DNA of 64,000 bases from the NCBI GenBank assembly GCA_022822205.1, contig JAJECC010000099.1, positions 15,885 through 79,884 of the forward strand, in the 5' to 3' direction. Below, one piece after another: positions 35,884 to 46,334 of this stretch; the first letter of the stretch is position 1; the number at the start of each line of letters is the position of its first letter. Both the position numbers and the translations under genes were made by a program. Below the pieces are notes generated by a model that was given only the letters and a program-made list of their open reading frames with translations, had not been told where the DNA came from and made no database searches. The DNA is from Rhodospirillales bacterium. GTDB lineage: Bacteria; Pseudomonadota; Alphaproteobacteria; Rhodospirillales; UBA2165.

Positions 35884-38022
35884 CTAAAAGAAATTGAACG
35901 TGGGATTGGTGCGCAAAACGGGCCACAGGTTGCCGATTACGGTCTGCGGCCAGGGCACGTGCAAGACCTGGTGAAACAGACCGTAGGCGGCGAGCCACGT
36001 ACCGGCGGAGACGCCCAGGGTCATTCGCCAACTCTCTCGGCCGACAAGGCGGATATAGGCGATCATGAACACCAGCATCGCCGGCATCAGGCCAATGACC
36101 GCGGCACCGGCGAAATAGCCGAAGCACCAGAGGAAATAGGCCGCGGCCCGGGCCCGGATGGTTCCCTTGTCCAGATCGCCGAAGTCGGTCACCAGGTCCA
36201 GATGGCGGCCGCCGGTCGGATCCCCGGTTTCGCCGCCGCCGGAGCCGCCGCCCGTCTGCGCGGCCCGTTCGGCCTGAACCCGGTCCCGCGGGCTGATGCC
36301 TTTCAGCGCCTGAATGTATCTGGGGCTGAGGAATAGATGGAAGGTCAGCATGATCAGGGTGAAGGCGATGCCGACGGCGCCGATGGCGCGGGGGAACAGG
36401 AAGGAACGGAAATCCCAGTCCTGGGACGCCCAGATGGCGCCGCCGAAGATGGCCAGCGCGATCAGGCCGAGGATCGCATTGGTGTCCAGCTTGTCCGTCT
36501 GAAGCCGGAAGCTGAACGGCACGCGGGGCCCGTCCCGTCTTCGCCTGGTGACGTAATAGTTGATCAGCGGGCGCAACAATCCGTAGAGGGTGATCAGCAG
36601 GATGACCAAGGTCACCGGGCGCCACATCCACGCCCAGGAATAGACGTTGGCCGAGATGAAGAGATAGCTCTCGATCAGTCCGCCGAGCACGAAACCGAGC
36701 AGCAGCGGCGGGCGCGGCCATTTGAGCCGCTTCATGGCGAAGCCCAGAAGGCCGAAGCAGAGAAGCGTATAGATGTCGCCCCAGGCGTTCTTGCCCTGGA
36801 ATGCGCCGAGGAAAATAATCGCCAGGACCACCGGCGCCAGAATGCCGATGCGGATCACCGCCACCTTGGCGAACTGGTTGGCGAACAGGAAGCAGACCCC
36901 GGCGCCGATGATGTTGGCGAGCGCGATGCTCCACACCAGGGTGTAGGTGACGTCGAGGTTCTTGGACAGCATATCCGGGCCCGGGACCAGGCCATGGATA
37001 ATGAACGCACCCAGGATCAGCGCCATGGAGGCGGTGCCGGGCACGCCGAACGCGATGGTCGGCACCAGGGAGCCGCCTTCCTTGGCGTTGTTCGAGCTTT
37101 CCGACGCGATAACGCCCCGGACGTCACCGGTGCCGAAGGATTCCTGGGCGCCCTTTTCCGTCCGTGCCGCGTGGCCGTAAGCCACCCAGTCGAGGATCGG
37201 CGCGCCGATGCCGGGCACCGCGCCGAGGCCGGCGCCGATGGACGAGCACCGGAGGACGAGGAACCAGTGCCGGACCGCGTCCTTGACGCCCAGCCACTGG
37301 TCGCGGCGGGTAATCCTGGCCTTGCTGTCGACCTGGATGGCGGACCGTTGGATCACCATGTCGGCGATCTCCGGGATGGCGAACAGACCAAGCGCGATGG
37401 GCACGATCCGGAAGCCGTCATAGAGATAGAGGGTATCGAAGGTCCAGCGCAGCGTGCCGCCGGGATCCTCGCCGGTGCCGGCGAAAATCAGGCCGAGACA
37501 CACGGCGACCAGGCCTTTCATCGGCGAGCCGCCGGCCAGCACCGCGGCGAGGGACAGGCCGAAGATACAGATGGCCAGCAATTCCGGCGAGGCGATGGCC
37601 AGCATCACTGGGCGCAGGATGGGCAGGCTGATGCCCAGCAGGACCGCGCCGAACAGCCCGCCGATCACCGAGGCGGTAAACGCGGCGCCGAAGGCTCGGC
37701 CCGCCTCGCCTCGCCGCGCCATGGGAAATCCGTCAAGGATGGTGGCCGCCGAAGCGACGGTGCCCGGTACGCCGAACAAGACCGCCGGAATGGTATCCGA
37801 GGTCGCCGAGACCGCGGACAGACCCATCAGGAACGCCAGCGCCGTGAACGGATCCATGGAAAAGGTGAAGGGCAGCAGCAGGGACAGGCCGACCAAACCG
37901 CCCAGTCCGGGAATCACGCCGAGGATCAGCCCGATGAAGACGCCGAGAGCCAGAAAGCCCAGGCGTAGCGGGTCGCTCAGCGCGACGGCGGCTTTCACCG
38001 CCATGTCGAACATCAGTTCCAA
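35884..38022 (-). CDS. tctA: TctA large permease fused to a C-terminal TctB-like 4-TM module
   Basis: 712 aa from TTG 38020-38022. The first ~500 aa are TctA-like. The last ~200 aa have 4 TM segments with a TctB-like FPRAIG motif, and a GGGSGGGETGDPTGG loop. Confidence 0.75.
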   Translation of the reverse strand: MELMFDMAVKAAVALSDPLRLGFLALGVFIGLILGVIPGLGGLVGLSLLLPFTFSMDPFTALAFLMGLSAVSATSDTIPAVLFGVPGTVASAATILDGFPMARRGEAGRAFGAAFTASVIGGLFGAVLLGISLPILRPVMLAIASPELLAICIFGLSLAAVLAGGSPMKGLVAVCLGLIFAGTGEDPGGTLRWTFDTLYLYDGFRIVPIALGLFAIPEIADMVIQRSAIQVDSKARITRRDQWLGVKDAVRHWFLVLRCSSIGAGLGAVPGIGAPILDWVAYGHAARTEKGAQESFGTGDVRGVIASESSNNAKEGGSLVPTIAFGVPGTASMALILGAFIIHGLVPGPDMLSKNLDVTYTLVWSIALANIIGAGVCFLFANQFAKVAVIRIGILAPVVLAIIFLGAFQGKNAWGDIYTLLCFGLLGFAMKRLKWPRPPLLLGFVLGGLIESYLFISANVYSWAWMWRPVTLVILLITLYGLLRPLINYYVTRRRRDGPRVPFSFRLQTDKLDTNAILGLIALAIFGGAIWASQDWDFRSFLFPRAIGAVGIAFTLIMLTFHLFLSPRYIQALKGISPRDRVQAERAAQTGGGSGGGETGDPTGGRHLDLVTDFGDLDKGTIRARAAAYFLWCFGYFAGAAVIGLMPAMLVFMIAYIRLVGRESWRMTLGVSAGTWLAAYGLFHQVLHVPWPQTVIGNLWPVLRTNPTFNFF

Positions 38023-38118
38023 TATTTATTCTCCCGAGACGTCTCCCGGCGGCACGCCGTAATTCGATGGTAGCGGCAATAGCAGGCGCCGCCTACCGGG
38101 AAACGGATCACGCCCGGT

Positions 38119-39108
38119 TCAATCTATCTCCACGATGACATTGCCCATGTGCTTCGCGGCCTCGACCATGTCGTGGGCGGCGGCGATATCGTCCAGCGGG
38201 AAGCGGGCGGCGATGGTGGTGGTGAGTGCGCCGGCGGCCAGCATCTCGTTGAGATAACTGACCCCTTCGGCGATTTCCGCTTCCGTGAGCTCATAGACGA
38301 TGAACCACTTGAGCGCCGCGGCCCGCATGATGAAGTCCTGAGAGGGCACGTCGGCGGTTGGCCGGCCCGTGCCGTAAATGATCGACGTGCCGCCCGGCGC
38401 CAGAATGCGGCCGTAAAGGAGGCCGTTGGCGGCGATATCCACCTCGACGATGCGGTCGGCGCCCACGCCGCCGGTCAGCGCCTCGACCCGCTCGGGCACA
38501 TCTTCGTCCCGGTAGTTGATCACCTCATCGGCGCCGGCCGCTTTCACGTAGTCGGCCTTCTCGGCGCTGGAGACGGTGGTGATCACCCGCGCGCCGGCAT
38601 GCTTGGCGATCTGGATCGCCTGATGTCCGACCGCGCCGGCGCCCCCTTGCACCGGAACGGTCTGCCCGTCGACGGGTCCGTCGAACAACACCGCCCGGTG
38701 GGCGGTGAGGAACGGGATCCCGAAGCAGGCTGCCTCTTCGTTCCCGGCATGCTCCGAGGTCGGCACCACATAGCGCCGGGGCAGGACGATGTATTCGGCG
38801 GCGGTGCCGAAGGGCCGTTTCCACTGGCCGTTCAGGGTCCACACCCGCTGACCCGCCAGCCCGGCATTGATGCCGTCCCCGATGGCGTCCACCACACCGG
38901 CCCCGTCGCTATGGGGAATGATCCTGCGGAACGGCAGCTTCCCGAAGCGGCCGCGCAGCCGCGCCTTCCAGTCCGAAGGATTGACGCCCGAGGCCGCCAG
39001 CTTGACCCGCACCTCGCCGGGACCCGGCTCGGGCGTCTCCATCTCACCCAGTTTCAACACATCCCGGGCCGCACCCAGTTCCTCATAATAGGCCGCTCGC
39101 ATATTCAA
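38119..39108 (-). CDS. NADPH:quinone oxidoreductase / zinc-type alcohol dehydrogenase-like (MDR family)
   Basis: 329 aa. Rossmann motif GGAGAVGHQAIQIAKHAGA and an N-terminal GroES-like domain. Confidence 0.8.
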   Translation of the reverse strand: MNMRAAYYEELGAARDVLKLGEMETPEPGPGEVRVKLAASGVNPSDWKARLRGRFGKLPFRRIIPHSDGAGVVDAIGDGINAGLAGQRVWTLNGQWKRPFGTAAEYIVLPRRYVVPTSEHAGNEEAACFGIPFLTAHRAVLFDGPVDGQTVPVQGGAGAVGHQAIQIAKHAGARVITTVSSAEKADYVKAAGADEVINYRDEDVPERVEALTGGVGADRIVEVDIAANGLLYGRILAPGGTSIIYGTGRPTADVPSQDFIMRAAALKWFIVYELTEAEIAEGVSYLNEMLAAGALTTTIAARFPLDDIAAAHDMVEAAKHMGNVIVEID

Positions 39109-39198
39109 TTCCCCCGATCACGACGGTCCGCTGTTGCCATGGCTTGGACTCTCCTGCAAAGCTAGCCGGGTGCAAGATTATTCTCGAGGAGTCCCGAA

Positions 39199-40377
39199 TT
39201 GCCGGACCTACCCATTCTAATCGTCGGCGGCGGCCTCGGCGGGCTCACCGCGGCGCTGGCCTTGGCGCGGCGGGGACGGGCGGTCCGCGTGTTCGAGGGG
39301 GCGCCGGCGTTCGGCGCCATCGGCTACGGCATCCAGTTCGGCCCCAACGTGTTTCATGTCTTTGACCGGCTTGGGCTGATGGAGCGGGTGATGGCCGTCG
39401 GCGACGAGCCGTCGGCGGTGACGATGCGGGACGGCTTGAGCGACGAGGAACTCGTGCGCATCCCGACCGATGCCGGGTTCAAGGCGCGGTTCAAGTACCC
39501 CTATCTGATCATCCACCGCATCGATCTTCATAACGTCATGATCGACGCCTGCCGGGCGGACGATCATATCGAGCTGATCGCCGATGCCCGGATCACCGGC
39601 TACGCCAACCGCGGCACTTTCGCCGAGATCGCCACCGAGGGCGGTGAGACGCACGAAGGCGCGCTGGTGATCGGCGCCGACGGGATCGGCTCGACGCTGC
39701 GCGCACGGATGCTCGACGATGGCGGGCCGCTCCCCAACGGTTATGTGGCCCACCGGACCATCATCCCGATGGAGGAGCTGAAGGCGGACGTTCCGACCGA
39801 CGTGGTGGTGCTGTGGGGCGGCCCCGGCTTTCACATCGTTACCTATCCGCTGCGGCATGGGGCGCTGTTCAACATCGTTGCCGTCTTCCGGTCGGCCAAC
39901 GAGGCCCCCCGGGGGGATGTGGAGGCTTACCGGGCGGAATTGCAGCAGACCTATTCGGGCGCCCACCGATGCCTCCGCGATTTGATCCAGGTGATGGATT
40001 TGGAGCGCCGTTTCGTCGTCGGCGACCGTCACCCGATCCGCAAGTGGCATGACGGCCGGGTCTGCCTGTTGGGCGATGCCGCGCACCCGACCCTCCAGAC
40101 CTTGGCTCAAGGCGCCTGCATGGCCATCGAGGACGGGCTTCATCTGGCGGCACTGATCGATCGGGGGGGCGGTCACGAGGAGGTCTTCACCGCCTTCGCC
40201 GCCGACCGGGTGGTCCGCACGGCGCGCGTCACCCTGGAGAGCCGGGCGATCTGGGAAAACTATCATGGCGACGGCGTCGAGCGGGAGGTCGCCTTCCAGC
40301 AATTCCGCGAGCGCTCGGTCGAGGACAGCTACCGCTGCCTCGCTTGGCTCTATGACGGGTTCGCCTTCGCCGATTGA
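39199..40377 (+). CDS. FAD-dependent aromatic-ring monooxygenase (salicylate/3-hydroxybenzoate hydroxylase-like)
   Basis: TTG 39199. Motifs ILIVGGGLGGLTAALAL, DGIGS, LLGDAAHPTLQTLAQGACMAIEDG. Confidence 0.8.
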   Translation: MPDLPILIVGGGLGGLTAALALARRGRAVRVFEGAPAFGAIGYGIQFGPNVFHVFDRLGLMERVMAVGDEPSAVTMRDGLSDEELVRIPTDAGFKARFKYPYLIIHRIDLHNVMIDACRADDHIELIADARITGYANRGTFAEIATEGGETHEGALVIGADGIGSTLRARMLDDGGPLPNGYVAHRTIIPMEELKADVPTDVVVLWGGPGFHIVTYPLRHGALFNIVAVFRSANEAPRGDVEAYRAELQQTYSGAHRCLRDLIQVMDLERRFVVGDRHPIRKWHDGRVCLLGDAAHPTLQTLAQGACMAIEDGLHLAALIDRGGGHEEVFTAFAADRVVRTARVTLESRAIWENYHGDGVEREVAFQQFRERSVEDSYRCLAWLYDGFAFAD

Positions 40378-40443
40378 TCCCTGTCAGGGCCGGACCAATG
40401 AGCGCGCCCTAAACTCTTCGTAACTCAACCAGGGGAAAGCCAC

Positions 40444-40866
40444 ATGAACATCAAGATTGCCGACATCATGGCCAAGCGGGTCATCGTCGCCGAGAAGCAC
40501 CACACCGTCGGCCATGCGCGGGACGTCATGGGGCGGAACCGCATCGGCGCGCTGCCCGTGGTTGGTCCGGACAGGGAGGCCCTCGGCATCGTTACCGCCA
40601 CCGACCTCGCCCGGCGCCTGAAGGACGAAACGCCGGTGAGCCGGATCATGAGCGACGGCATTCACGCGGTGCCGGCCTACAACGACGTCTCGGTGGCCGC
40701 CCGGATCATGCGTAAGAACAAGATCCACCATGTGGTGGTGACCGATAACAAGAAGGTGGTCGGGCTGATCAGTTCCTTCGACCTGTTGAGCCTCGTGGAC
40801 GGCAAGCGCTTCCAGCCCAAACAGGCGCCGACGCAGTCGAAAAGGAAATCGAAGAAAGAGCGCTAA
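40444..40866 (+). CDS. CBS-domain pair protein
   Basis: 140 aa with two CBS repeats and a Lys-rich tail. Its stop overlaps the ubiA stop; the two genes are convergent. Confidence 0.8.
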   Translation: MNIKIADIMAKRVIVAEKHHTVGHARDVMGRNRIGALPVVGPDREALGIVTATDLARRLKDETPVSRIMSDGIHAVPAYNDVSVAARIMRKNKIHHVVVTDNKKVVGLISSFDLLSLVDGKRFQPKQAPTQSKRKSKKER

Positions 40867-41786
40867 ACCACCTGACCCAGAATGATCCCGCCGAACAGCA
40901 GCCAGCCGAACAGCCGGTTGGATTTGAACTTGCGGAGGCAGTCGTGGGGATCGTCGAGCTTGACGTCCCGGGACTGCCAGGCCAACTGCAGCGCGCCCAG
41001 GGCGAGCGCCGCCCAGAACGGCCAGGCGAGCCCGACCAGCCACCCGGAAACGCCGATCAGCGCGATGGCGACGGCGTGGAAGATCCACAGCCACGGCCGG
41101 GTCCCGCCCCACAGAAGGACGGCGGTCGACTTCACCCCGATCAGCGCGTCGTCTTCCTTGTCCTGGTGGGCATAGATGGTGTCGTAGCCCAGCGTCCAGA
41201 AGAACCCGGCCGCATAGAGCGCCAGGGCGGGCGTCTGGATGTCGCCGCGCACCGCTGCCCAGCCCAACAGCGCCCCCCAGTTGAACGTCAGGCCGAGCAT
41301 GGCCTGGGGCCAGTGGGTGAAACGCTTGAACAGAGGGTAGGTGAACACCAATGCCAAGGACGCGGCCCCGACCCCGATGGCGAACGGATTGAACTGAAGC
41401 AGAATGACGAGGCCCAGAAGGCACAGCACCCCCATCCAGATCACCGCCTGCCCGACCGTCATCTGGCCCGACGGCAGGGGCCGGTCGGCGGTGCGCGCCA
41501 CCTGCGCATCGTAATGGCGGTCGGTGATGTCGTTGAAGCAGCATCCCGCGCCCCGCATGATCATGGCGCCGAGGCCGAACAGGACGACGAGCAGTAATGA
41601 CGGCCAGCCCGGTGTCGCCAGCGCGATGGACCACCAGCAGGGAAACAGCAGCAGCCAGGTGCCGATGGGCCGGTCGAATCTGGCCAGGCGGATATAGGGC
41701 CGCGCGGGCGGCGGCACGAAGCGGTCGACCCATCCCTGTTTGGGAATGTCGCTGTATTCGGTATTGCGGGCGGCGGCGTCGCTCAT
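40863..41786 (-). CDS. ubiA: 4-hydroxybenzoate polyprenyltransferase
   Basis: True start MSDAAARNTEY (41784-41786), inside the 498-aa track ORF. Motif NDITDRHYD and about 8 TM segments. Confidence 0.88.
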   Translation of the reverse strand: MSDAAARNTEYSDIPKQGWVDRFVPPPARPYIRLARFDRPIGTWLLLFPCWWSIALATPGWPSLLLVVLFGLGAMIMRGAGCCFNDITDRHYDAQVARTADRPLPSGQMTVGQAVIWMGVLCLLGLVILLQFNPFAIGVGAASLALVFTYPLFKRFTHWPQAMLGLTFNWGALLGWAAVRGDIQTPALALYAAGFFWTLGYDTIYAHQDKEDDALIGVKSTAVLLWGGTRPWLWIFHAVAIALIGVSGWLVGLAWPFWAALALGALQLAWQSRDVKLDDPHDCLRKFKSNRLFGWLLFGGIILGQVV

Positions 41787-41861
41787 CGTCGCATTATCCG
41801 TGCCAGGGCGGTTTCCGGTCAAATGGTTCAATTCGGACGGAAACTGCTCTATAGGTCGGGG

Positions 41862-42587
41862 ATGAGCACCGCAAAAGTCCGCTTGTACGTGGAGCACGAT
41901 CTCGCCGGCGGCGCGTCCTTCGAGGCCACGCCCGACCAGATGCATTATCTCGCCGGCGTCATGCGCCTGGCCCCCGGCGACGGCGTCATGCTGTTCAACG
42001 GCCGGGACGGGGAATGGCGGGCCGAAATCACCGAGGCGACCCGCAAGTCCTGCCGGTTCGCGGTCCGGCACAGGGAGCGCGGCCAAACCGACGAGGCGGG
42101 CCCGTGGCTGCTGTTCGCGCCGGTGAAGCGCAACGGCACCGACCTGATCGTCGAGAAGGCCACCGAACTCGGCGTGGGGCGCTTGCAGCCCGTTACCACC
42201 GAGTACACCAACACCGCCCGTATCAAGCCGGAACGGCTCCGCGCCATCGCCATCGAAGCCGCCGAGCAATGCGGGCGCCTGACGCTGCCCGAGATTGGCG
42301 GGTTGAAGCCGCTGGCGGCCGCGATTTCGGAACTGCCCGCCGGCCGGACGCTTTATCATATGGACGAAACCGGCGGCGGCCGGGCCATTTCGGAGGTTAT
42401 GGCGCCCGGCGCGATTGGTGCGCTGCTTACCGGTCCGGAAGGCGGATTTTCGCCATCCGAGCTTGATTTATTAGGGAATCTCCCGAATTCTAAATCCATC
42501 AGCCTGGGTTCCCGAATCCTTCGTGCGGAGACGGCGGCGCTGGCGGCACTCGCTTGTTGGCAGGCACTTGCCGGAGACTGGCGATAG
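41862..42587 (+). CDS. rsmE: 16S rRNA (uracil1498-N3)-methyltransferase
   Basis: ATG 41862 (MSTAKVRLYVEHDL...). RsmE family with a C-terminal SPOUT motif (GPEGGFSPSE...LGSRILRAETA). Confidence 0.85.
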   Translation: MSTAKVRLYVEHDLAGGASFEATPDQMHYLAGVMRLAPGDGVMLFNGRDGEWRAEITEATRKSCRFAVRHRERGQTDEAGPWLLFAPVKRNGTDLIVEKATELGVGRLQPVTTEYTNTARIKPERLRAIAIEAAEQCGRLTLPEIGGLKPLAAAISELPAGRTLYHMDETGGGRAISEVMAPGAIGALLTGPEGGFSPSELDLLGNLPNSKSISLGSRILRAETAALAALACWQALAGDWR

Positions 42588-42637
42588 GGTGAATGGCAGC
42601 CTGAGTGGGTTGTTCAGGGGAGGCGAAAGAACAGGCG

Positions 42638-44038
42638 ATGGCCGAGGACACCAGCACATCGGCGCCCCTTGAAAACAAGGCGCAGCTTATCGCCTATATG
42701 GAGGAGGGCTGTACGCCCCCGGATCAGTGGCGGATCGGCACCGAGCACGAAAAATTCGCCTATGATCCCCATACCTTCATCCCGCTCCCCTACGAGGGCG
42801 AGAAGGGGATTCGCGCCGTACTCGAAGGACTGACCCGCTTCGGCTGGGAGCCGGTGCTGGAAAACGGAAACCCCATCGCGCTGACCAAACCGGACCAATC
42901 GTCGGTCACCCTCGAGCCGGGCGGCCAGGTGGAGCTTTCGGGCGCGCCCCTGGAGACCATTCACCAGACCTGCGGCGAGCTGGGGGATCACCTGAAACAG
43001 GTAAAGGAAGTTGCCGAAGAGCTGGGCGTCGGGTTCATGGGTCTCGGCTACCTGGCCAAGGCGCGCCTGGATCAGGTGCCGTGGATGCCCAAGGGACGCT
43101 ACAAGATCATGCGGGAATACATGCCCAAGGTGGGCTCCATGGGCCACGACATGATGCTCGCCACCTGTACCGTTCAGGTGAATTTGGATTTCTCCTCCGA
43201 AGCCCGCATGGTGCGCATGTTCCGCGCCGCGTTGGCGCTCCAGCCCATCGCCACGGCGCTGTGGGCCAACTCGCCCTTCAAGGAGGGCAGGAAGAACGGA
43301 TACTTAAGCTACCGCTCCCACATCTGGACCGACACCGACCCGGACCGCACCGGCATGCTGCCCTTCGTCTTCGAAGACGGCTTCGGGTTCGAGCGCTACG
43401 TGGACTACATGCTCGATGTGCCCATGTATTTCGTTTACCGGAACGGCAAATACATCGATGCGTCCGGACAGTCGTTCCGGGATTTCATGAACGGCGGGCT
43501 GCCGGCCCTGCCGGGCGAAATCCCGGTCATGTCGGACTGGGTCGATCACATGACCACCGCGTTCCCCGAGGTGCGGCTGAAAAGGTTCCTCGAAATGCGG
43601 GGCGCCGACGGCGGACCGTGGGGCTACCTCTGCGCGCTGCCCGCCTTCTGGGTCGGGCTGTTGTACGACGACGATGCGCTGGCGGCGGCCGAGGACCTGA
43701 TCGCGGACTGGACCATCGAGGAGATGCAGGCGCTCCGCCGCCATGTGCCCAGGGAAGCGCTGCACACCCGGTTCCGCGGCGGTACGCTACAGGACCCGGC
43801 CCTCAGGGCACTGGACATCGCCCATGACGGATTGCGCGCCCGGGCGCGCCTCGACCGCTCGGGCCAGGACGAGACCCACTTCCTCCAGCCGCTGATCAGG
43901 ATCGCCAGATCGGGCAAGTCCCCCGCGGAGGAGCTGTTGGAGCTCTACGACACCGAGTGGGGCGGCAAGGTCGATCCGGTATTCAAGTTCCAGTCCTATC
44001 TGGAGGAAGCCGGGCAGGTCTCCGCCGCCGGCGAATGA
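42638..44038 (+). CDS. gshA: glutamate-cysteine ligase, plant/alphaproteobacterial type (GCS2)
   Basis: ATG 42638. 466 aa. Blocks [20 protein letters not shown] and [12 protein letters not shown] are typical of this family. Confidence 0.88.
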   Translation: MAEDTSTSAPLENKAQLIAYMEEGCTPPDQWRIGTEHEKFAYDPHTFIPLPYEGEKGIRAVLEGLTRFGWEPVLENGNPIALTKPDQSSVTLEPGGQVELSGAPLETIHQTCGELGDHLKQVKEVAEELGVGFMGLGYLAKARLDQVPWMPKGRYKIMREYMPKVGSMGHDMMLATCTVQVNLDFSSEARMVRMFRAALALQPIATALWANSPFKEGRKNGYLSYRSHIWTDTDPDRTGMLPFVFEDGFGFERYVDYMLDVPMYFVYRNGKYIDASGQSFRDFMNGGLPALPGEIPVMSDWVDHMTTAFPEVRLKRFLEMRGADGGPWGYLCALPAFWVGLLYDDDALAAAEDLIADWTIEEMQALRRHVPREALHTRFRGGTLQDPALRALDIAHDGLRARARLDRSGQDETHFLQPLIRIARSGKSPAEELLELYDTEWGGKVDPVFKFQSYLEEAGQVSAAGE

Positions 44039-44045
44039 TCTCCCC

Positions 44046-44717
44046 ATGTTTTATGAGCCGAAGAACAACGATCACGGACTTCCCTACAACCCGTTCAAAT
44101 CCTGTTGCATTCCCCGGCCCATCGGCTGGATATCGAGTCTGGATGCCGGGGGGCGGGCCAACCTCGCGCCGTTCAGCCAGTTCCAGAACCTCACATTCGA
44201 TCCGCCCTACATCATGATATCCGCCAACCAAAACGAATTGGGACGGCGCAAGGACACGGTTTCCAACGCGGAAGCCACCGGCGAGTTCGTCTGGAACATG
44301 GCGACATATGACCTGCGTGAAGCGGTGAACATCTCCGGCATGGCGCTGCCGCCCGGCGAAGACGAATTTGAGCGGGCCGGGTTGCAGAAGCTTCCCTCAA
44401 GACTGGTTAAGGCCCCCCGGGTTCATGGCTCTCCGGTCCATTTCGAATGCCGCTACCACACCACGCTGCGGCTTCCCGGCAACGGCACCATGGGCACGGC
44501 CGATATCGTGATCGGCGAGGTGATCGGCATCCACGTCGACGACGAGTTCATTACCCCGGACGGCAAGATCGACGTTTTGAAGGCCCGGCCCATCGCCCGG
44601 CTCGGCTACTACGACTACACCTCCATCGAAAGCATCTTCGAGATGCGCATCCCCGAAGGGGAAGGCGCTCTTCATGGCGGCATGGAAGGCGACCCCATCA
44701 AGGCGGAGTCCGGCTAA
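44046..44717 (+). CDS. flavin reductase family protein (FMN-binding split barrel)
   Basis: 223 aa. PRPIGWISS...ANLAPFS is the typical N-terminal motif. Confidence 0.75.
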   Translation: MFYEPKNNDHGLPYNPFKSCCIPRPIGWISSLDAGGRANLAPFSQFQNLTFDPPYIMISANQNELGRRKDTVSNAEATGEFVWNMATYDLREAVNISGMALPPGEDEFERAGLQKLPSRLVKAPRVHGSPVHFECRYHTTLRLPGNGTMGTADIVIGEVIGIHVDDEFITPDGKIDVLKARPIARLGYYDYTSIESIFEMRIPEGEGALHGGMEGDPIKAESG

Positions 44718-44742
44718 CGTCCGATGGGACCGGGCAAGAGGA

Positions 44743-46176
44743 TTACACCTCGGTCCCGCCGACGGTGAGGCTGTCGAGCTTCAGGGTCGGCTGGCCGACG
44801 CCCACCGGCACGCCCTGGCCGTCCTTGCCGCAGGTGCCGACGCCGGGATCGAGGGCCATGTCGTTGCCGATCATGGAGACGCGGGTCAGCGCGTCGGGAC
44901 CGTTGCCGATCAGGGTCGCGCCCTTGACCGCCGGGCCCACGCGACCGCCCTCGATCTTGTAGGCCTCGGTGCAGGTGAAGACGAACTTGCCGGAGGTGAT
45001 GTCCACCTGGCCGCCGCCGAAATTGACCGCGTAGAGCCCGTCATCCACCGAGGCGAGGATCTCTTCCGGGTCCTGCCCGCCGTTGAGCATGATGGTGTTG
45101 GTCATCCTCGGCATGGGCGCGTGGGCGTAGCTCTCGCGGCGTCCGTTGCCGGTGGCGGCGACCCCCATGAGCCGCGCGTTCATCCGGTCCTGCATGTAGC
45201 ACGTCAGGATGCCGTCCTCGATCAGCGTCGTCTTTTGGGTCGGCGTGCCTTCATCGTCGATGGTCAGCGACCCCCGCCGGTCGGTGAGGGTGCCGTCATC
45301 GACCACCGTGACCCCCTTTGCCGCGACCCGCTCGCCCATGAGCCCGGAGAAGGCCGACGTCTTCTTGCGGTTGAAGTCGCCTTCCAATCCATGGCCGATG
45401 GCCTCGTGGAGCAGGATGGCGGGCCAGCCCGGTCCCAGCACCACCGGCATCTCGCCGGCGGGCGCCGCAACCGAGTCCAGGTTCACGCATGCCTGGCGGT
45501 AAGCCTCGTCGACCGCCGCGCGCCAGGTATCCTGCGCGAGGTACCGGTCGTAGGCCGTGCGGCCGCCGGCGCCGTAGGAGCCCTGCTCCATCCGGTCGCC
45601 GTCGCCGACCACGCAGGAGACGTTCAAGCGCACCAGGGGCCGGATATCGGCGGCGCGGGAACCGTCGGCGCGGATGATCTCGACCGCCTGCCACTCGCCC
45701 ATCAGGGAGACCGAGACCTGCTTCACCCGGTCGTCCTTGGACCGCGCGTAGGCATCGATATCGGTCAGGAGCTTCACCTTGGTCTCGAAGGGGGTGAGCG
45801 AGAGGGGGTTCACGTCCCCGTAGAGGGCCTGGTTGGTGCCCGCCGGTCCGTCGGCGAGGGCGCCGCCGTGCCCCGCATGGACCGCCTGCACCGTATCGGC
45901 GGCGCGCTTCAAAGCCGCCTCGGAGAGTTCATTCGAATGGGAGTAGCCGGCGGTCTCGCCCGCCACCGCCCGAAGGCCGAAGCCCTGGGTGGTGTCATAG
46001 CTGGCGTTCTTCAGCTGTCCGTCATCGAAGACGAAGCTCTCGGACTGGGCGTATTCCAGAAACAGCTCCCCGTCATCGGCGCCGTTCAGCGCATCGCCGA
46101 CGATCCCGTCGACCCGGGCCCGGTCGAGGCCGGTGCGGGTAAAGAACAGCTCTTCGGCGGCGGCGATATCGGACAT
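44743..46176 (-). CDS. tldD: TldD metalloprotease
   Basis: Start MSDIAAAEELFF (46174-46176). HExxxGH motif present (LLHEAIGHGLEGD). Confidence 0.88.
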   Translation of the reverse strand: MSDIAAAEELFFTRTGLDRARVDGIVGDALNGADDGELFLEYAQSESFVFDDGQLKNASYDTTQGFGLRAVAGETAGYSHSNELSEAALKRAADTVQAVHAGHGGALADGPAGTNQALYGDVNPLSLTPFETKVKLLTDIDAYARSKDDRVKQVSVSLMGEWQAVEIIRADGSRAADIRPLVRLNVSCVVGDGDRMEQGSYGAGGRTAYDRYLAQDTWRAAVDEAYRQACVNLDSVAAPAGEMPVVLGPGWPAILLHEAIGHGLEGDFNRKKTSAFSGLMGERVAAKGVTVVDDGTLTDRRGSLTIDDEGTPTQKTTLIEDGILTCYMQDRMNARLMGVAATGNGRRESYAHAPMPRMTNTIMLNGGQDPEEILASVDDGLYAVNFGGGQVDITSGKFVFTCTEAYKIEGGRVGPAVKGATLIGNGPDALTRVSMIGNDMALDPGVGTCGKDGQGVPVGVGQPTLKLDSLTVGGTEV

Positions 46177-46334
46177 GGTGCGTTCCCCCGGAAAATATAT
46201 GGGATTGGCGTGTGCGCGATCGTTCACCCCATCATATAGCCCGCGGGCGGCCTCGCGAAAGCGCTGATCCGTGAATTTCCGATTACGGGTCCCCGCCTTG
46301 AAGCCGCCGCAATTGCGGGCGTAGACTGCCGCCT

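Noticed and set aside
36337-37968. 543-aa plus-strand ORF opposite tctA
   Set aside because: It is antisense to a strongly hydrophobic, clearly TctA-like gene. The Asp/Gly/Arg/Gln-rich translation is an artefact.
44674-46239. 521-aa plus-strand ORF opposite tldD
   Set aside because: It is antisense to tldD, which carries the HExxxGH motif, and has no motifs of its own.
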